Sequence record: LC680885.1
DNA: 64,000 nt
Source: Staphylococcus phage S6
Direction: 5' to 3' (one strand)
The notes under the pieces were generated by a model that worked only from the letters and a program-made list of their open reading frames with translations, ran no database searches and had not been told where the DNA came from. This document shows, piece by piece, positions 50,618 through 60,817 of this stretch. How positions within the stretch are numbered: position 1 is the stretch's first letter; each line of letters opens with the position of its first letter. The translations under genes and the position numbers were made by a program.

Positions 50618-52168
50618 TTGGATATGGCAAAAGTAAAATACTCACAAACAAAATTATTGGTAAGAGGAGCATTTAGATCAGATGAAATTATCAACGTAGT
50701 TGGTGATGGCGGAATTGGTAAAACACAAATGATGAGAGATATTGCAGAAGAAGATAATATGAACTTCATTACTATCGCTGCAAATAACCTTAAAGAAGGG
50801 GAATTATCTTTACCAATGTTATCACAAAAAGATAATGAAGTTATCTATGCTCCAATGGATAAAATTAAGTTAGCTAATAGTCTTTTTGAGAGATATAAAG
50901 AGTATCAAAGAGAAGGTGGAAAACAATATTCACGTAAAGACCTTTCTTTAAAATCTGTTGATGAATTAAAAGAAATTTATGTGAAATTGACTGGTAAAGA
51001 TGTTGTTGATTATTATGAGGATACTCATGAAAACTATGTTAATAAAGTATTTAACAAAGCTAGAGTTAAAAATGTTAAATATAGTAAAAATGATTTAATG
51101 AAAAAATCATTTAATGAATTAAATGAAATCTTTGTAGAATTAACTGGTAAAGAATTAAGAGATAAAATTGGTAAAGGTTTCTATATCAAAGAAATTTTAG
51201 AAGCAGTTCCAAGACCTTATACTCTATTATTTATTGACGAAATTGGACGTACAGACCAACAAGTACAATCAGAGTTAATGAACTTCTTATTAGAACGTCA
51301 AGTAAATGGTTATCATTTACCACCTAACGTTAAGATTGCATTAGCACAAAACCCATCTTCAGACATGCCAGGATTTGAAGACTCAGAATACGCAGCAACT
51401 TCTATGGATAACGCAGTAAGTTCTCGTATTACATTTGTACACATGGTTCCTGATATTGAAAGTTGGGTAGACTTTGCTACTAAATATAAAGATGGTTCAG
51501 AAAAGCAAAATATTCATCCATCTATTGTTGAGTTCGTAACTGAAAAAGAAAGTACTGAATATTTATTCAGACCTCATAAAGAAGCTGGTAAAGACTTCAA
51601 TGATACTAACCCACGTTCTTGGGAAATGATTTCTAATATGTTATATGTATTAGAAGAAGATGATTTATTTAAATTCTCTAATAGTGAAGAAGAGAAACGT
51701 AAGAAGAAAGATACTTTACAATTCTTCACTGAAGGTAAAATTAATAGTGATTTAGCAAACTTATTTGTTAAATTCTATATTGAAAAACAAGCTAAATTAC
51801 CTCGTCCAAGTGATATTTTATTTGAATATGATAAAGGTAAAATGGTTCCTCGTAAAGAATTAGCTAAACAACACATTGAAGCTATTGAAAGTCAATCAAC
51901 TATTAGACAATTAACATTGAAAACTTCAATGATTAACTATCTTAAAAATAATCCTGATTTAGCTGAAGAACAAGTTATTCAAATTGCTGTAGAAGCTTTA
52001 TTATTAGGTAAAGTTGAAACTAATGCTACACCAATTAGATTAATTTCTAGACTTTCAGAATCTACTGAAGAGTCAGACCAAGAATTATATGAGAAATTCA
52101 CTGATAATGAATTATACAGTGATAAAGCATTTGCATTATACGAACAAATGGTAGGAAGCTTAGGATAA
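50618..52168 (+). CDS. MoxR-like AAA+ ATPase (516 aa)
   Basis: Walker A VVGDGGIGKT and Walker B LLFIDEIGR. A long insertion between them contains an internal tandem repeat of about 35 aa. GGAGAG RBS. Confidence 0.75.
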   Translation: MDMAKVKYSQTKLLVRGAFRSDEIINVVGDGGIGKTQMMRDIAEEDNMNFITIAANNLKEGELSLPMLSQKDNEVIYAPMDKIKLANSLFERYKEYQREGGKQYSRKDLSLKSVDELKEIYVKLTGKDVVDYYEDTHENYVNKVFNKARVKNVKYSKNDLMKKSFNELNEIFVELTGKELRDKIGKGFYIKEILEAVPRPYTLLFIDEIGRTDQQVQSELMNFLLERQVNGYHLPPNVKIALAQNPSSDMPGFEDSEYAATSMDNAVSSRITFVHMVPDIESWVDFATKYKDGSEKQNIHPSIVEFVTEKESTEYLFRPHKEAGKDFNDTNPRSWEMISNMLYVLEEDDLFKFSNSEEEKRKKKDTLQFFTEGKINSDLANLFVKFYIEKQAKLPRPSDILFEYDKGKMVPRKELAKQHIEAIESQSTIRQLTLKTSMINYLKNNPDLAEEQVIQIAVEALLLGKVETNATPIRLISRLSESTEESDQELYEKFTDNELYSDKAFALYEQMVGSLG

Positions 52169-52175
52169 CAATTAT

Positions 52176-52220
52176 AGATAATGGAGATTATTAGTCTCCA
52201 TTATCTTCATTTATTTTTTT
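52176..52220 (+). terminator. intrinsic terminator
   Basis: AGATAATGGAGA...TCTCCATTATCT stem followed by TCATTTATTTTTTT. Confidence 0.55.
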
Positions 52221-52232
52221 ATAATTAGGAGA

Positions 52233-54170
52233 GTGAATTTGATAATGAATGATAATAGAACAATTAAAGTAATTAGAAAAGAAATATTAGACGAAGTACA
52301 AGAATCGATTGTAAATGATAGACAGTTAGATAAAAAGAAATTAACGAAGCTTGGAGAAGAATTAATTGAAAATAGTATTTTTGTGTTGTATACTTCTGAT
52401 GTTGATATTTATGGAGTAATGTTAATGACTGTAGAAAAGATCATTGACATTGAAATTCCAGAACCAACTTTCTCAGTATTTGATGAAGAAAAAGGTTATA
52501 AGATTGGTATTAATCCAGTGTTATTAGCCACTATGGTTGATAAAGATGAAGAAATAGTTTCTATGTTCCTACATGAAGTTATCCATGTAGCTCATGGACA
52601 TTTAATTGAATTTAGAATGTTAAGAAATAAAGAAGATTCTCAATTAAAAATGTTAAGTCACTTAGGAATGGATTTATCAGTATTTGAAATTGAAGAAGAC
52701 TTCCAATTAGGTAAACGTGAAGCTAATACAAGTAAAAAAGTTTTACCTGAAATTGCACCTAATGTAGATAAGATTGAAAAGTATATTCAAGATAAATTTA
52801 ATAAAACAAATTTTAAATTAAATCATAATGATGCTTCTCACTATTATATTAAACAATTAGTAGATATCTACAAAGAAAATAATGAAGAAGATATGTTTGA
52901 TTCTATGGGTGAATCTATGCAAAATATGATTCAAGAATCTTCAGAAAAACAGAATGAACGTGATGAAGATTCATTGAATGAAGAAAATGAAATGTTGAAA
53001 GACATGTTAGAAGATTTAAAAGACATTGAAGATAAAAATGATTTATCTAGTAAATTAGAAGATAATAAACTAGAAGAAAACAAAGTTAATGATTTTGAAA
53101 ATAAAGCTCAAGATTATATGAATAAATTAGATGAAATGAATCAAAATGATGAAGAGAATAGTAATGATACTCAAAATCAGAAAAATATAGAAGAGAAAAT
53201 GAATGATTTACTAGATTCAATGAGAAATAATACTTCAGATAATAAATTTAATAGTAAAGATAATAATGATTTATCTGATAAAATACAAGAAATGAAATCA
53301 GATATATTAAATCAAATGATTCAGAATAATATGCAACAGGGTTCTCAAGGTATGCAAGGTGAAGATGGTGGAATGCAAGACGGACAAAATGTTTCTGATA
53401 TGGGAAGTAACATGACTATGTCATCTTCTTTAGATGGAAATTCTAAATATGCAGATAAATTTGATTCCAATCCTCTTGAAGGAGATGCTACAGAGGAAAG
53501 AATGAAAGACCAATTGTATGATTTATTAGAAAGTGCTAGTAGTAATAGTCGTGGTGATACACCTAATCATATTAAAGAACAAATTGAAATTCTAAAACGT
53601 AAACCTAAGATTAAATGGCAAGATTATCTTAAAGCTAAAGTAGGTAAAAAACGTTCTTCTAGTACGAAAACTATTTTAAGAAGAAATAGAAGACAACCTT
53701 ATCGTAGTGATGTACGTGGAACTTTACCTGGTAGAAAATTAGGTAAAGTATTTGCGGCTATTGACACTTCAGGTTCAATGGGTAGAAATGAAATTGAAGA
53801 AATTATTGCTGAATTGTATTATATTAGTAGTGATATGAAAATTGATTTAGTTTTATTATTCTTTTCAACTGGTGTTGAAGAAGTAGTTGAAGTAAACAGA
53901 CCAAATCAATTTAATGATTATGTAATGGGTCGTGGCGGAACTTACTTCAGTTCTGTATTTGATTTCTTAAATGAAACTGATAACAAACGTAAATATTCAG
54001 TATCAAAAGATGATACTCTATTATTCTTCTCAGATGGTTTTGGAGAACCTGAGGTGGAATACGGTGTATTAACTGATGTTGTTTGGGTTATTACTGAAGA
54101 TGAAAATAATCTTTCAGTTAGAGATCCAAAAGGTAAAGTACTAAAATTAGAAATAGATAATAAAAGATAA
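52233..54170 (+). CDS. DUF2201-like protein with N-terminal HExxH putative metallopeptidase domain and C-terminal VWA domain (645 aa)
   Basis: FLHEVIHVAHGH (HExxH). Acidic and Q/M-rich low-complexity linker. C-terminal MIDAS-like FAAIDTSGSMG. Partner of the upstream MoxR ATPase. Confidence 0.7.
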   Translation: MNLIMNDNRTIKVIRKEILDEVQESIVNDRQLDKKKLTKLGEELIENSIFVLYTSDVDIYGVMLMTVEKIIDIEIPEPTFSVFDEEKGYKIGINPVLLATMVDKDEEIVSMFLHEVIHVAHGHLIEFRMLRNKEDSQLKMLSHLGMDLSVFEIEEDFQLGKREANTSKKVLPEIAPNVDKIEKYIQDKFNKTNFKLNHNDASHYYIKQLVDIYKENNEEDMFDSMGESMQNMIQESSEKQNERDEDSLNEENEMLKDMLEDLKDIEDKNDLSSKLEDNKLEENKVNDFENKAQDYMNKLDEMNQNDEENSNDTQNQKNIEEKMNDLLDSMRNNTSDNKFNSKDNNDLSDKIQEMKSDILNQMIQNNMQQGSQGMQGEDGGMQDGQNVSDMGSNMTMSSSLDGNSKYADKFDSNPLEGDATEERMKDQLYDLLESASSNSRGDTPNHIKEQIEILKRKPKIKWQDYLKAKVGKKRSSSTKTILRRNRRQPYRSDVRGTLPGRKLGKVFAAIDTSGSMGRNEIEEIIAELYYISSDMKIDLVLLFFSTGVEEVVEVNRPNQFNDYVMGRGGTYFSSVFDFLNETDNKRKYSVSKDDTLLFFSDGFGEPEVEYGVLTDVVWVITEDENNLSVRDPKGKVLKLEIDNKR

Positions 54171-54179
54171 TTCAAATTA

Positions 54180-54230
54180 CGTCAATGGATATTAATTTAT
54201 CCATTGACGTTTATATTTAAAATTTTTTAC
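54180..54230 (+). terminator. intrinsic terminator
   Basis: ACGTCAATGGATA...TATCCATTGACGT stem followed by TTTATATTTAAAATTTTTTA. Confidence 0.55.
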
Positions 54231-54247
54231 TTAAAGGAGATTAAACA

Positions 54248-56311
54248 ATGTTAAAAAAGACTACAGAAAATGAATTAGAAAAGTTATTCAATGTCACTAT
54301 TTATAATGAAGAATTTTCTAATTTAAAACCTATGTATAATAGAAAAGATACTGAAACTAGAACTAAATTAAATGACAATCAAAATTCTAGAGTGTATGAG
54401 AATTTAATAAATTTCATTAATTATTCTAAAGCAGGAATGACACACATGTTTTTAACTCGTTCTAATAAATATAGAGATAAATATATTGATTTTCTAAGAA
54501 ATAGACTTGGTAAGGAAGATTTATTAGATGAGGTTGAATTTGAATATACAGATAGATATTTCAGATCTTTCATATATAATATAGATATAATTAGAAGAAG
54601 TGAATATCAAACACATCAATCTATAGAAAATGACTCTAAATTAGAAGATTCATTCTTATTAAGAAATGGAAATACAAATATAGATAGCTTTAAAACGGAT
54701 AATGGTTTATCTATAGAATTTTTAGATAAAGATGTAAAGAAAGATTTTTTAGATAAGAACAAACAAATTAGTTTAGAATCTTTGCTAGCTATCGATACGA
54801 TGGTGTCTAATTCATTAAGAAAGAAATGGTTAAAATCAATTGAAAAAGAAGAATTACCTGATATGAATATTATATTTAAAGAAGTTCCAGAAGTAGTAAT
54901 TATACTAGCAAACAGTATATATGAAAGATCAAATTTCAAATTATCATATGTAGATAGAAGTGTTATTAATATACACGCAGACGTTTCAGATGTTTTTGAA
55001 TCAATACTAACTTTAACTTCTAATTTTAATTATAAATTAATATTAGATTTAATAGATGAAGATTACTTAAGTAAAAATTTAAATCATTTCAAAGCTTCTG
55101 AATTTTCTTTATCTGACAATAATGACATTGATAATATATTTAGTATAATCGGAATTATTAAAAAACAAACGGACGTTATTAATAAATTTATAGAAAAAAG
55201 CAAATCAGATAATCTAGAAGACAATATTAATTTAATAATTAAAGAAAATGAAATAGATGATGACTTTGGAGAAATATTAAAAGTTTATATTGATAGTGTA
55301 TTATCTAAATTTAGAGAATATATTGAAGATGATACCAATATATTAAAAGATTCATCTAAGGTTTTAATAGGTGAAAATCTATTTGATTTCTTTATGAAAT
55401 TAGATGATCTCGAAATTTTAATGATTAGAAATATATACAGAGTTTTAGATAGTAATGTATATAATCCTGTAATCAGAGATGTTAAAGAATCACAAGAAAA
55501 AGTTATGAATGGAATAGTAGATTATTTTAAAAATAATACTAAAAAATTATCTTTAGATTTATCTAATATCGATATAAGTAGATTGAAAGATAGTTCTTTC
55601 ACATTATTAAACGATTTCATAACAAATGGAGAAGTAAGTAATCTTCGTATGAAACCTAATGAAGCTAATATAGAGTATTTCTATAAATTAAGTGTGGATA
55701 AAGAATTAAACCGTGACATATTAAATAGTAATATACAATATATGAAACAGGAATTATTAAAAGGTTTTAATGATGATTCTAAAATGACTTCGAATGCTAT
55801 TATTGAATTTGATAATTTTAATATTAATTTTGCTGTAATAGAAAATAATTCATATAATAATGAAATAGAAATAATGATGCAAGGAGTTACTTTTAAGAAA
55901 AAATTAACTGATGAGGATATTGCTACTATCTTTTTATATTCACATAAAGAAGTTAGTATATATCAAGACAAAAAATTAGTTATCATGGATAGAAATTATT
56001 TCTCTAGAAGAGGTATAAATAAATTTATAAATAATATGAATAATGTCTTCACTGATTTAGATGGAGAAAGTTTATCTAAATATATGTCTTTAATTTATAA
56101 TTTATTATCTTTATCAGATAATTCTTTTGAGGAAGATAAAGCAATTTATAATACTCTATATTACAATAAATTTGAATATATTAATAAAGAAAATGAGTTA
56201 AAAGTTGATAGTTATATTAATATGATTAATAATAAAGATGTAACAGATGATTTTAAAAAGAAATTTAAAAAGGTAAGATCTAAGTATTTAGTTTCTAGAA
56301 TATTTATTTAA
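54248..56311 (+). CDS. hypothetical protein (687 aa)
   Basis: AAAGGAG RBS. No recognisable motif. Confidence 0.5.
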   Translation: MLKKTTENELEKLFNVTIYNEEFSNLKPMYNRKDTETRTKLNDNQNSRVYENLINFINYSKAGMTHMFLTRSNKYRDKYIDFLRNRLGKEDLLDEVEFEYTDRYFRSFIYNIDIIRRSEYQTHQSIENDSKLEDSFLLRNGNTNIDSFKTDNGLSIEFLDKDVKKDFLDKNKQISLESLLAIDTMVSNSLRKKWLKSIEKEELPDMNIIFKEVPEVVIILANSIYERSNFKLSYVDRSVINIHADVSDVFESILTLTSNFNYKLILDLIDEDYLSKNLNHFKASEFSLSDNNDIDNIFSIIGIIKKQTDVINKFIEKSKSDNLEDNINLIIKENEIDDDFGEILKVYIDSVLSKFREYIEDDTNILKDSSKVLIGENLFDFFMKLDDLEILMIRNIYRVLDSNVYNPVIRDVKESQEKVMNGIVDYFKNNTKKLSLDLSNIDISRLKDSSFTLLNDFITNGEVSNLRMKPNEANIEYFYKLSVDKELNRDILNSNIQYMKQELLKGFNDDSKMTSNAIIEFDNFNINFAVIENNSYNNEIEIMMQGVTFKKKLTDEDIATIFLYSHKEVSIYQDKKLVIMDRNYFSRRGINKFINNMNNVFTDLDGESLSKYMSLIYNLLSLSDNSFEEDKAIYNTLYYNKFEYINKENELKVDSYINMINNKDVTDDFKKKFKKVRSKYLVSRIFI

Positions 56312-56324
56312 ATATATATTATAT

Positions 56325-56370
56325 AATTGAGTTGGTAATTGAACTTATCAACTCAATTTAATTTTTAATT
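56325..56370 (+). terminator. intrinsic terminator
   Basis: AATTGAGTTG...CAACTCAATT stem followed by TAATTTTTAAT. Confidence 0.5.
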
Positions 56371-56383
56371 AATAGGAGATGAA

Positions 56384-57571
56384 ATGGATATGAGTAAAGC
56401 AATAAAAGATTTATTTATCAATTACAATATATCTTATATTGAAGTTAATGAAGATCATGAACTTAATGAAATTGATAAAGAAGAATTATTAAAAATATTA
56501 GATTTTGATATTAAATTTGAAAAGGAAGAAATTTTAATAAGTGATAATATTAAAATAAATAATTTTAACGGTAATAAGTTAATAAATTTTGTATTTAATT
56601 ATTACTATACAGATAATGAATCACTAAAAGTATTTTTAAAAGACGTTATCAAAGATATTATTATGTATGGATATAAAGAAGATAGAAAAATAAGTCTAAA
56701 TATAAATCAATTACCTTTAGTATTTTATATAAATAAATTTTGTAAAGATAATGACATTAAAAATATTAAATTCTTTTATACTTTTAAAAATTCTTATGGG
56801 AATTTTTCATTTGGTTTATTAAAAGAAGAACATCTAGATGAATTTATTGATGATATAGAAGAAATAAGCAATAATAAGTTCTTCAATTTAAATAGTGGAT
56901 TATTAGATAATGACTTAATAATTAATGGAAATGAAAAGAAATTTATGAAGCTAATATCAAGTTTAATAGATTTAGATATGTCACATAAGGGTAATATATT
57001 TAAATTAAAAATGATAAATTATTTTTATAAATTATTTAATAGTTATATTAATAGTAAAGAAGATTTAGAATATGCAGATGAATTAATGAAGTTTAAAATA
57101 GATAGTCTTAAATATGGTGAATTTAATAAATATTATCTATATGAAAGATTTATAATCGGTATAGATAATTTATATGAACAAGAATTCTTAGGATATAATA
57201 CAAGAATGAATTATAATTATTTTATTGATAAAATACAAAAAATTGAAGATGAAGATGAAGTTAAATATATTTCAAAAATTGTTTTCTTTACATTAATAGA
57301 TGATATTTATAATGAAGCATCATTCTTTTTATCTTTTAGAACAGTCAATAAATATACTGATATTGCAGTTAAAGAAATATTGAAATTGATTGAAGACAAT
57401 CTTACAGAAAATCAGAAGAAACAATTTGTCAGAGAATATATGAGTATGAAAGATAGTTCATTTTATGCTTCAAATGAAAAATATAATCAAACATCTACAC
57501 TTGTTAAAATGTCTAAAGGGAAATTGAAAAAATTAATTATGAATGAAACAGTTAAAAAGACATTTATTTAA
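56384..57571 (+). CDS. hypothetical protein (395 aa)
   Basis: AGGAGATGAAATGG RBS. Confidence 0.5.
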   Translation: MDMSKAIKDLFINYNISYIEVNEDHELNEIDKEELLKILDFDIKFEKEEILISDNIKINNFNGNKLINFVFNYYYTDNESLKVFLKDVIKDIIMYGYKEDRKISLNINQLPLVFYINKFCKDNDIKNIKFFYTFKNSYGNFSFGLLKEEHLDEFIDDIEEISNNKFFNLNSGLLDNDLIINGNEKKFMKLISSLIDLDMSHKGNIFKLKMINYFYKLFNSYINSKEDLEYADELMKFKIDSLKYGEFNKYYLYERFIIGIDNLYEQEFLGYNTRMNYNYFIDKIQKIEDEDEVKYISKIVFFTLIDDIYNEASFFLSFRTVNKYTDIAVKEILKLIEDNLTENQKKQFVREYMSMKDSSFYASNEKYNQTSTLVKMSKGKLKKLIMNETVKKTFI

Positions 57572-57585
57572 AGGAGAATCAGCTT

Positions 57586-58299
57586 ATGTTAGTTAAAAAA
57601 GAAAAATTAAAGAATAGAAATGATATCAGAATAGATCATATTATAAGTATTAATTTAGATGATCCTTCTGCACTTAATATGGTTTCATTCCAATTATTAA
57701 TAGAAAGTAATATTCTGAGTTGTTATATTAATAACAACTTAGATACTACTTTATTTACTAAAAAAGAATTAGATAAATATAATAAATTCATAGATTTTGC
57801 TATTGATAATTTTGAATCAAATGGTTTATTTATAAATAAAAAACCAGATGAATTTCTAACTGGTTTAATAAGAAAAGCTTCTATTTCTAGATTATTTAAA
57901 ATGATCGATCCAATTGATAAAACTATCAGCAATGAAAATTTATTTATTACCAGATTAAAAAATATTAGACATAATATAAATGAAACTGATAGTAAAGATT
58001 TAGCTTACTTCTTATATACTAACTTTAGAGAAGATGTTCCGTTAGATAGATTAAAAGGTTTAATGTCTAACCCACATTTAACATCATTATTTGAGTATTT
58101 AATGAATGGTAATTTAATAATGGAGATTGATGAGCAATTGTTAAATAAATGGATTATGTTTATTGATTATGAAATAGATGGCCTTAAAGGATCCATTTAT
58201 CATAGATTAAGACATAGTTTAGTTAATGTAATCAATAAGTATAATAATATACAAGAAGCTAAAGGTTATTTAGGGTATGAAAGATTAGAATTAGAATAA
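57586..58299 (+). CDS. hypothetical protein (237 aa)
   Basis: AAGGAGAATCAGCTTATG RBS. Confidence 0.5.
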   Translation: MLVKKEKLKNRNDIRIDHIISINLDDPSALNMVSFQLLIESNILSCYINNNLDTTLFTKKELDKYNKFIDFAIDNFESNGLFINKKPDEFLTGLIRKASISRLFKMIDPIDKTISNENLFITRLKNIRHNINETDSKDLAYFLYTNFREDVPLDRLKGLMSNPHLTSLFEYLMNGNLIMEIDEQLLNKWIMFIDYEIDGLKGSIYHRLRHSLVNVINKYNNIQEAKGYLGYERLELE

Positions 58300-58332
58300 A
58301 CTTAAAAAGTTTAGTGAGAAGGGAAATTTTGA

Positions 58333-58992
58333 ATGAAAAAATTTAGAGATGAATTAATAAATCACTATACAAATTTATTGAGATTCAACGATGATTCTTT
58401 TTATTATAGATTAAAAATTAATTATTTGAATTTCGATTTCTCTAAAGATGTAAATTTAAGAAAAAATAATGTGTTTAAATTAAATTATAAAATCAGCTTT
58501 TTCCTATATTTTAAAATTTTAATAAAAGATTTTATTTCAAATAATTTAGATGAAAATGGTGTATCATTATTATTTTCAGATAGTGTTAATAATAATAATT
58601 TTATTTCTACATTATTTGTTAAGAATAATTCTGATATTGAATTGAAACTAGATTTGGGTGTGTATTATGAACTAGATGAAACTAAAATAGTTCTAATAGA
58701 TTTAAATGAAGAGTTTAATATAGAATATTCAGATGATAGTATTATAATTCATACAGATGAAGATAATTTTGAAAATGTAGTTTATTCTATTCTAAACAAA
58801 ATCAAATTCATCTTAGAAGGAAATATATATGCATTTAGCATATCTTTATTTGGCAATGGAAAAATAGGAGATAGTAATATATTTTATTTAGAAGAGATTG
58901 AAAATATATTTAACTCTAGAAAAAATAGTATAATTGAAGAACTTTCTGAAAGTGAAGTTAAAAAATATAAAATCAAAGAAGGGTTTAAATAG
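58333..58992 (+). CDS. hypothetical protein (219 aa), divergent member of the tandem paralog trio, ends KIKEGFK
   Basis: GAGAAGGGAAAT RBS. Its C-terminal tag is degenerate. Confidence 0.5.
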   Translation: MKKFRDELINHYTNLLRFNDDSFYYRLKINYLNFDFSKDVNLRKNNVFKLNYKISFFLYFKILIKDFISNNLDENGVSLLFSDSVNNNNFISTLFVKNNSDIELKLDLGVYYELDETKIVLIDLNEEFNIEYSDDSIIIHTDEDNFENVVYSILNKIKFILEGNIYAFSISLFGNGKIGDSNIFYLEEIENIFNSRKNSIIEELSESEVKKYKIKEGFK

Positions 58993-58994
58993 TA

Positions 58995-59606
58995 ATGGGT
59001 GATATTAAATTTAATGAAGAATATATGTCAGTTAAAATTTATAAGTTAATTAATTTGTTTGAGTTTCAACAAACAACTCGTAAAAGAGCATTTTCAAACC
59101 ATAATTCTGAAAGTGATGAAAATGAGCTTAATATGTATATAGGTAAAAATGACAATAAAAATATGATTGACATTTTTACTAGTTCTTTCTTTTTATACAA
59201 TCAATTTAAAGATGTTTGCAGTTTAGTATTTAACAATGGTAATACTATTATTGCAGAAATTGAGATATTAAATAAAAATAAATTGTCAATTGAAATTAAT
59301 TCAGAAATCTTAATTGATGATAGTGAAATTAAAAATTTCATTATCAAAAATGATTTTAGTGTAGGAGATGGATTCTTAGGCTTAATTATTGAAAATGATA
59401 AAGAAAAAATTCTTAAATTATTTTTAGAATCATTGTCTGATAGTTATTTTTGGATAAACAAGAAAAGAAGTTTAAATATATCTGATTCTAAAAAAATTAA
59501 ATTTAAAAAATATTTAGAAGATTTATATAAAATGAAAGATTTTTATAGTAAAGAAATCACTGAAAAAGAATATAAAGAAAATATAGTAAAAGATAATTTC
59601 AAATAA
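58995..59606 (+). CDS. hypothetical protein (203 aa), paralog, ends EKEYKENIVKDNFK
   Basis: Its C-terminal 30 aa closely match the next ORF. A TAATATAATCCCAATAC element follows it. Confidence 0.5.
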   Translation: MGDIKFNEEYMSVKIYKLINLFEFQQTTRKRAFSNHNSESDENELNMYIGKNDNKNMIDIFTSSFFLYNQFKDVCSLVFNNGNTIIAEIEILNKNKLSIEINSEILIDDSEIKNFIIKNDFSVGDGFLGLIIENDKEKILKLFLESLSDSYFWINKKRSLNISDSKKIKFKKYLEDLYKMKDFYSKEITEKEYKENIVKDNFK

Positions 59607-59697
59607 TATAATCCCAATACTTATTAATGTAATTAACAAATTTAAAAGATTAAAAATTATTTAGTTTACGAAAGATTAGAACTGGAGTGATATTTTA

Positions 59698-60339
59698 ATG
59701 GAAGAGATTTATCTTGATAAAAGATTTGATAGTGAATATTTTAAAATAAAAACTAGAGATATGATAAACTCTGTAAGATTTACTAAAGAACCAAACTTTG
59801 ATTTAATTATAAATAACCGTAAAGAAGAAAAAATTTTATATACTAAAAATGACAGTATTAGAAATTTATTTATTGAATCTTTTATCTTGTATTTAAATAA
59901 TATTACAGACGTTTATACATTTAGTATATCAATCAGTAATATTAAGTTAATTTTTAGTTTAAGATACAATCATACGAATAAAGATACCAAATTTTTAATT
60001 TATATAATAGAAAATGATAAATTTAATTATGAAAAAGATGTATCTGAATTAGAAAAAATATTAAATGACATATCTTCTTTAGTAAATAAAGAATACTATA
60101 TATCTAAAGGTAGTTTTATAATAGACTATTTAGATATAGAAAAAATTGATAAGATATTATATTACATTAATAAATTAGATGATCTTCGTATAATGTTAGA
60201 TGATTCAGAAAAAGAAGGAAAATCGTATTTAAGTTACAACTCTTTTCTTAAAGAACTTTATTTAAAAAGAAACCTATATTCTAAAAGTATTACTAAAAAG
60301 GAATATACTGATAATTTAGTTAAAGAAAATTTTAAATAA
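59698..60339 (+). CDS. hypothetical protein (213 aa), paralog, ends KKEYTDNLVKENFK
   Basis: Paralog of 58995-59606. The same downstream TAATATAATCCCAATAC element is here extended into a full hairpin. Confidence 0.5.
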   Translation: MEEIYLDKRFDSEYFKIKTRDMINSVRFTKEPNFDLIINNRKEEKILYTKNDSIRNLFIESFILYLNNITDVYTFSISISNIKLIFSLRYNHTNKDTKFLIYIIENDKFNYEKDVSELEKILNDISSLVNKEYYISKGSFIIDYLDIEKIDKILYYINKLDDLRIMLDDSEKEGKSYLSYNSFLKELYLKRNLYSKSITKKEYTDNLVKENFK

Positions 60340-60345
60340 TATAAT

Positions 60346-60400
60346 CCCAATACCTATTACATCAATAGGTATTGGGAAAAATTTAAATTATTTTTTATTT
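60346..60400. terminator. bidirectional terminator hairpin
   Basis: CCCAATACCTAT-tacatca-ATAGGTATTGGG with flanking A/T runs. It lies between convergent ORFs. Confidence 0.55.
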
Positions 60401-60691
60401 CATGCTGTCTAATTCAGCTAATTTTAATTTAGCTTTAGTTGCATATTTTTGACGAATTATGTCACGCCATTTTTTACGAGCACGAGCAGCTTTTTGATAT
60501 TTAAAATAGATTGGATCTTGAGCTTCTTTAGCTGCAACTAATGCTAATTGGTTTAATCTACGTTTACGTTTAGTACGTTCATCTAAACGCATGATATTTT
60601 GTTCACGTAAAAGAGCTTCATCAGTTGCTTGCATAATTTGCTCTTCTAGTGGAGTAATGTTATTTTTCATAATGGAAGATCTTCCTTTCAA
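60395..60691 (-). CDS. small highly basic protein (98 aa), possible nucleic-acid-binding protein
   Basis: K/R-rich (RKRRLNQ...KAARARKKWRDIIRQKYATKAK). It is a lone minus-strand gene with a GGAAGATCTTCC-type RBS. Confidence 0.45.
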   Translation of the reverse strand: MKGRSSIMKNNITPLEEQIMQATDEALLREQNIMRLDERTKRKRRLNQLALVAAKEAQDPIYFKYQKAARARKKWRDIIRQKYATKAKLKLAELDSMK

Positions 60692-60817
60692 TTATTTTTA
60701 TTATTCATTATAATGATTATAAGAAATATGTTTTATTTAAGAAATATGAAAAAATTATTGAACCATAATAACTTATCTTATATAAGTATGAATCTATAAG
60801 GAGATGAGAATTTATTT

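Noticed and set aside
5502-60376. Similarity among terminator stems that all begin CCC(C)..A(A)TAC (5502, 21563, 26891, 42701 rc, 60346)
   Set aside because: They look like a dispersed repeat family, but the loops and stem lengths differ. A G/C clamp at the stem base is what any functional terminator needs in a ~27% GC genome, so this is more likely convergence than a mobile repeat.
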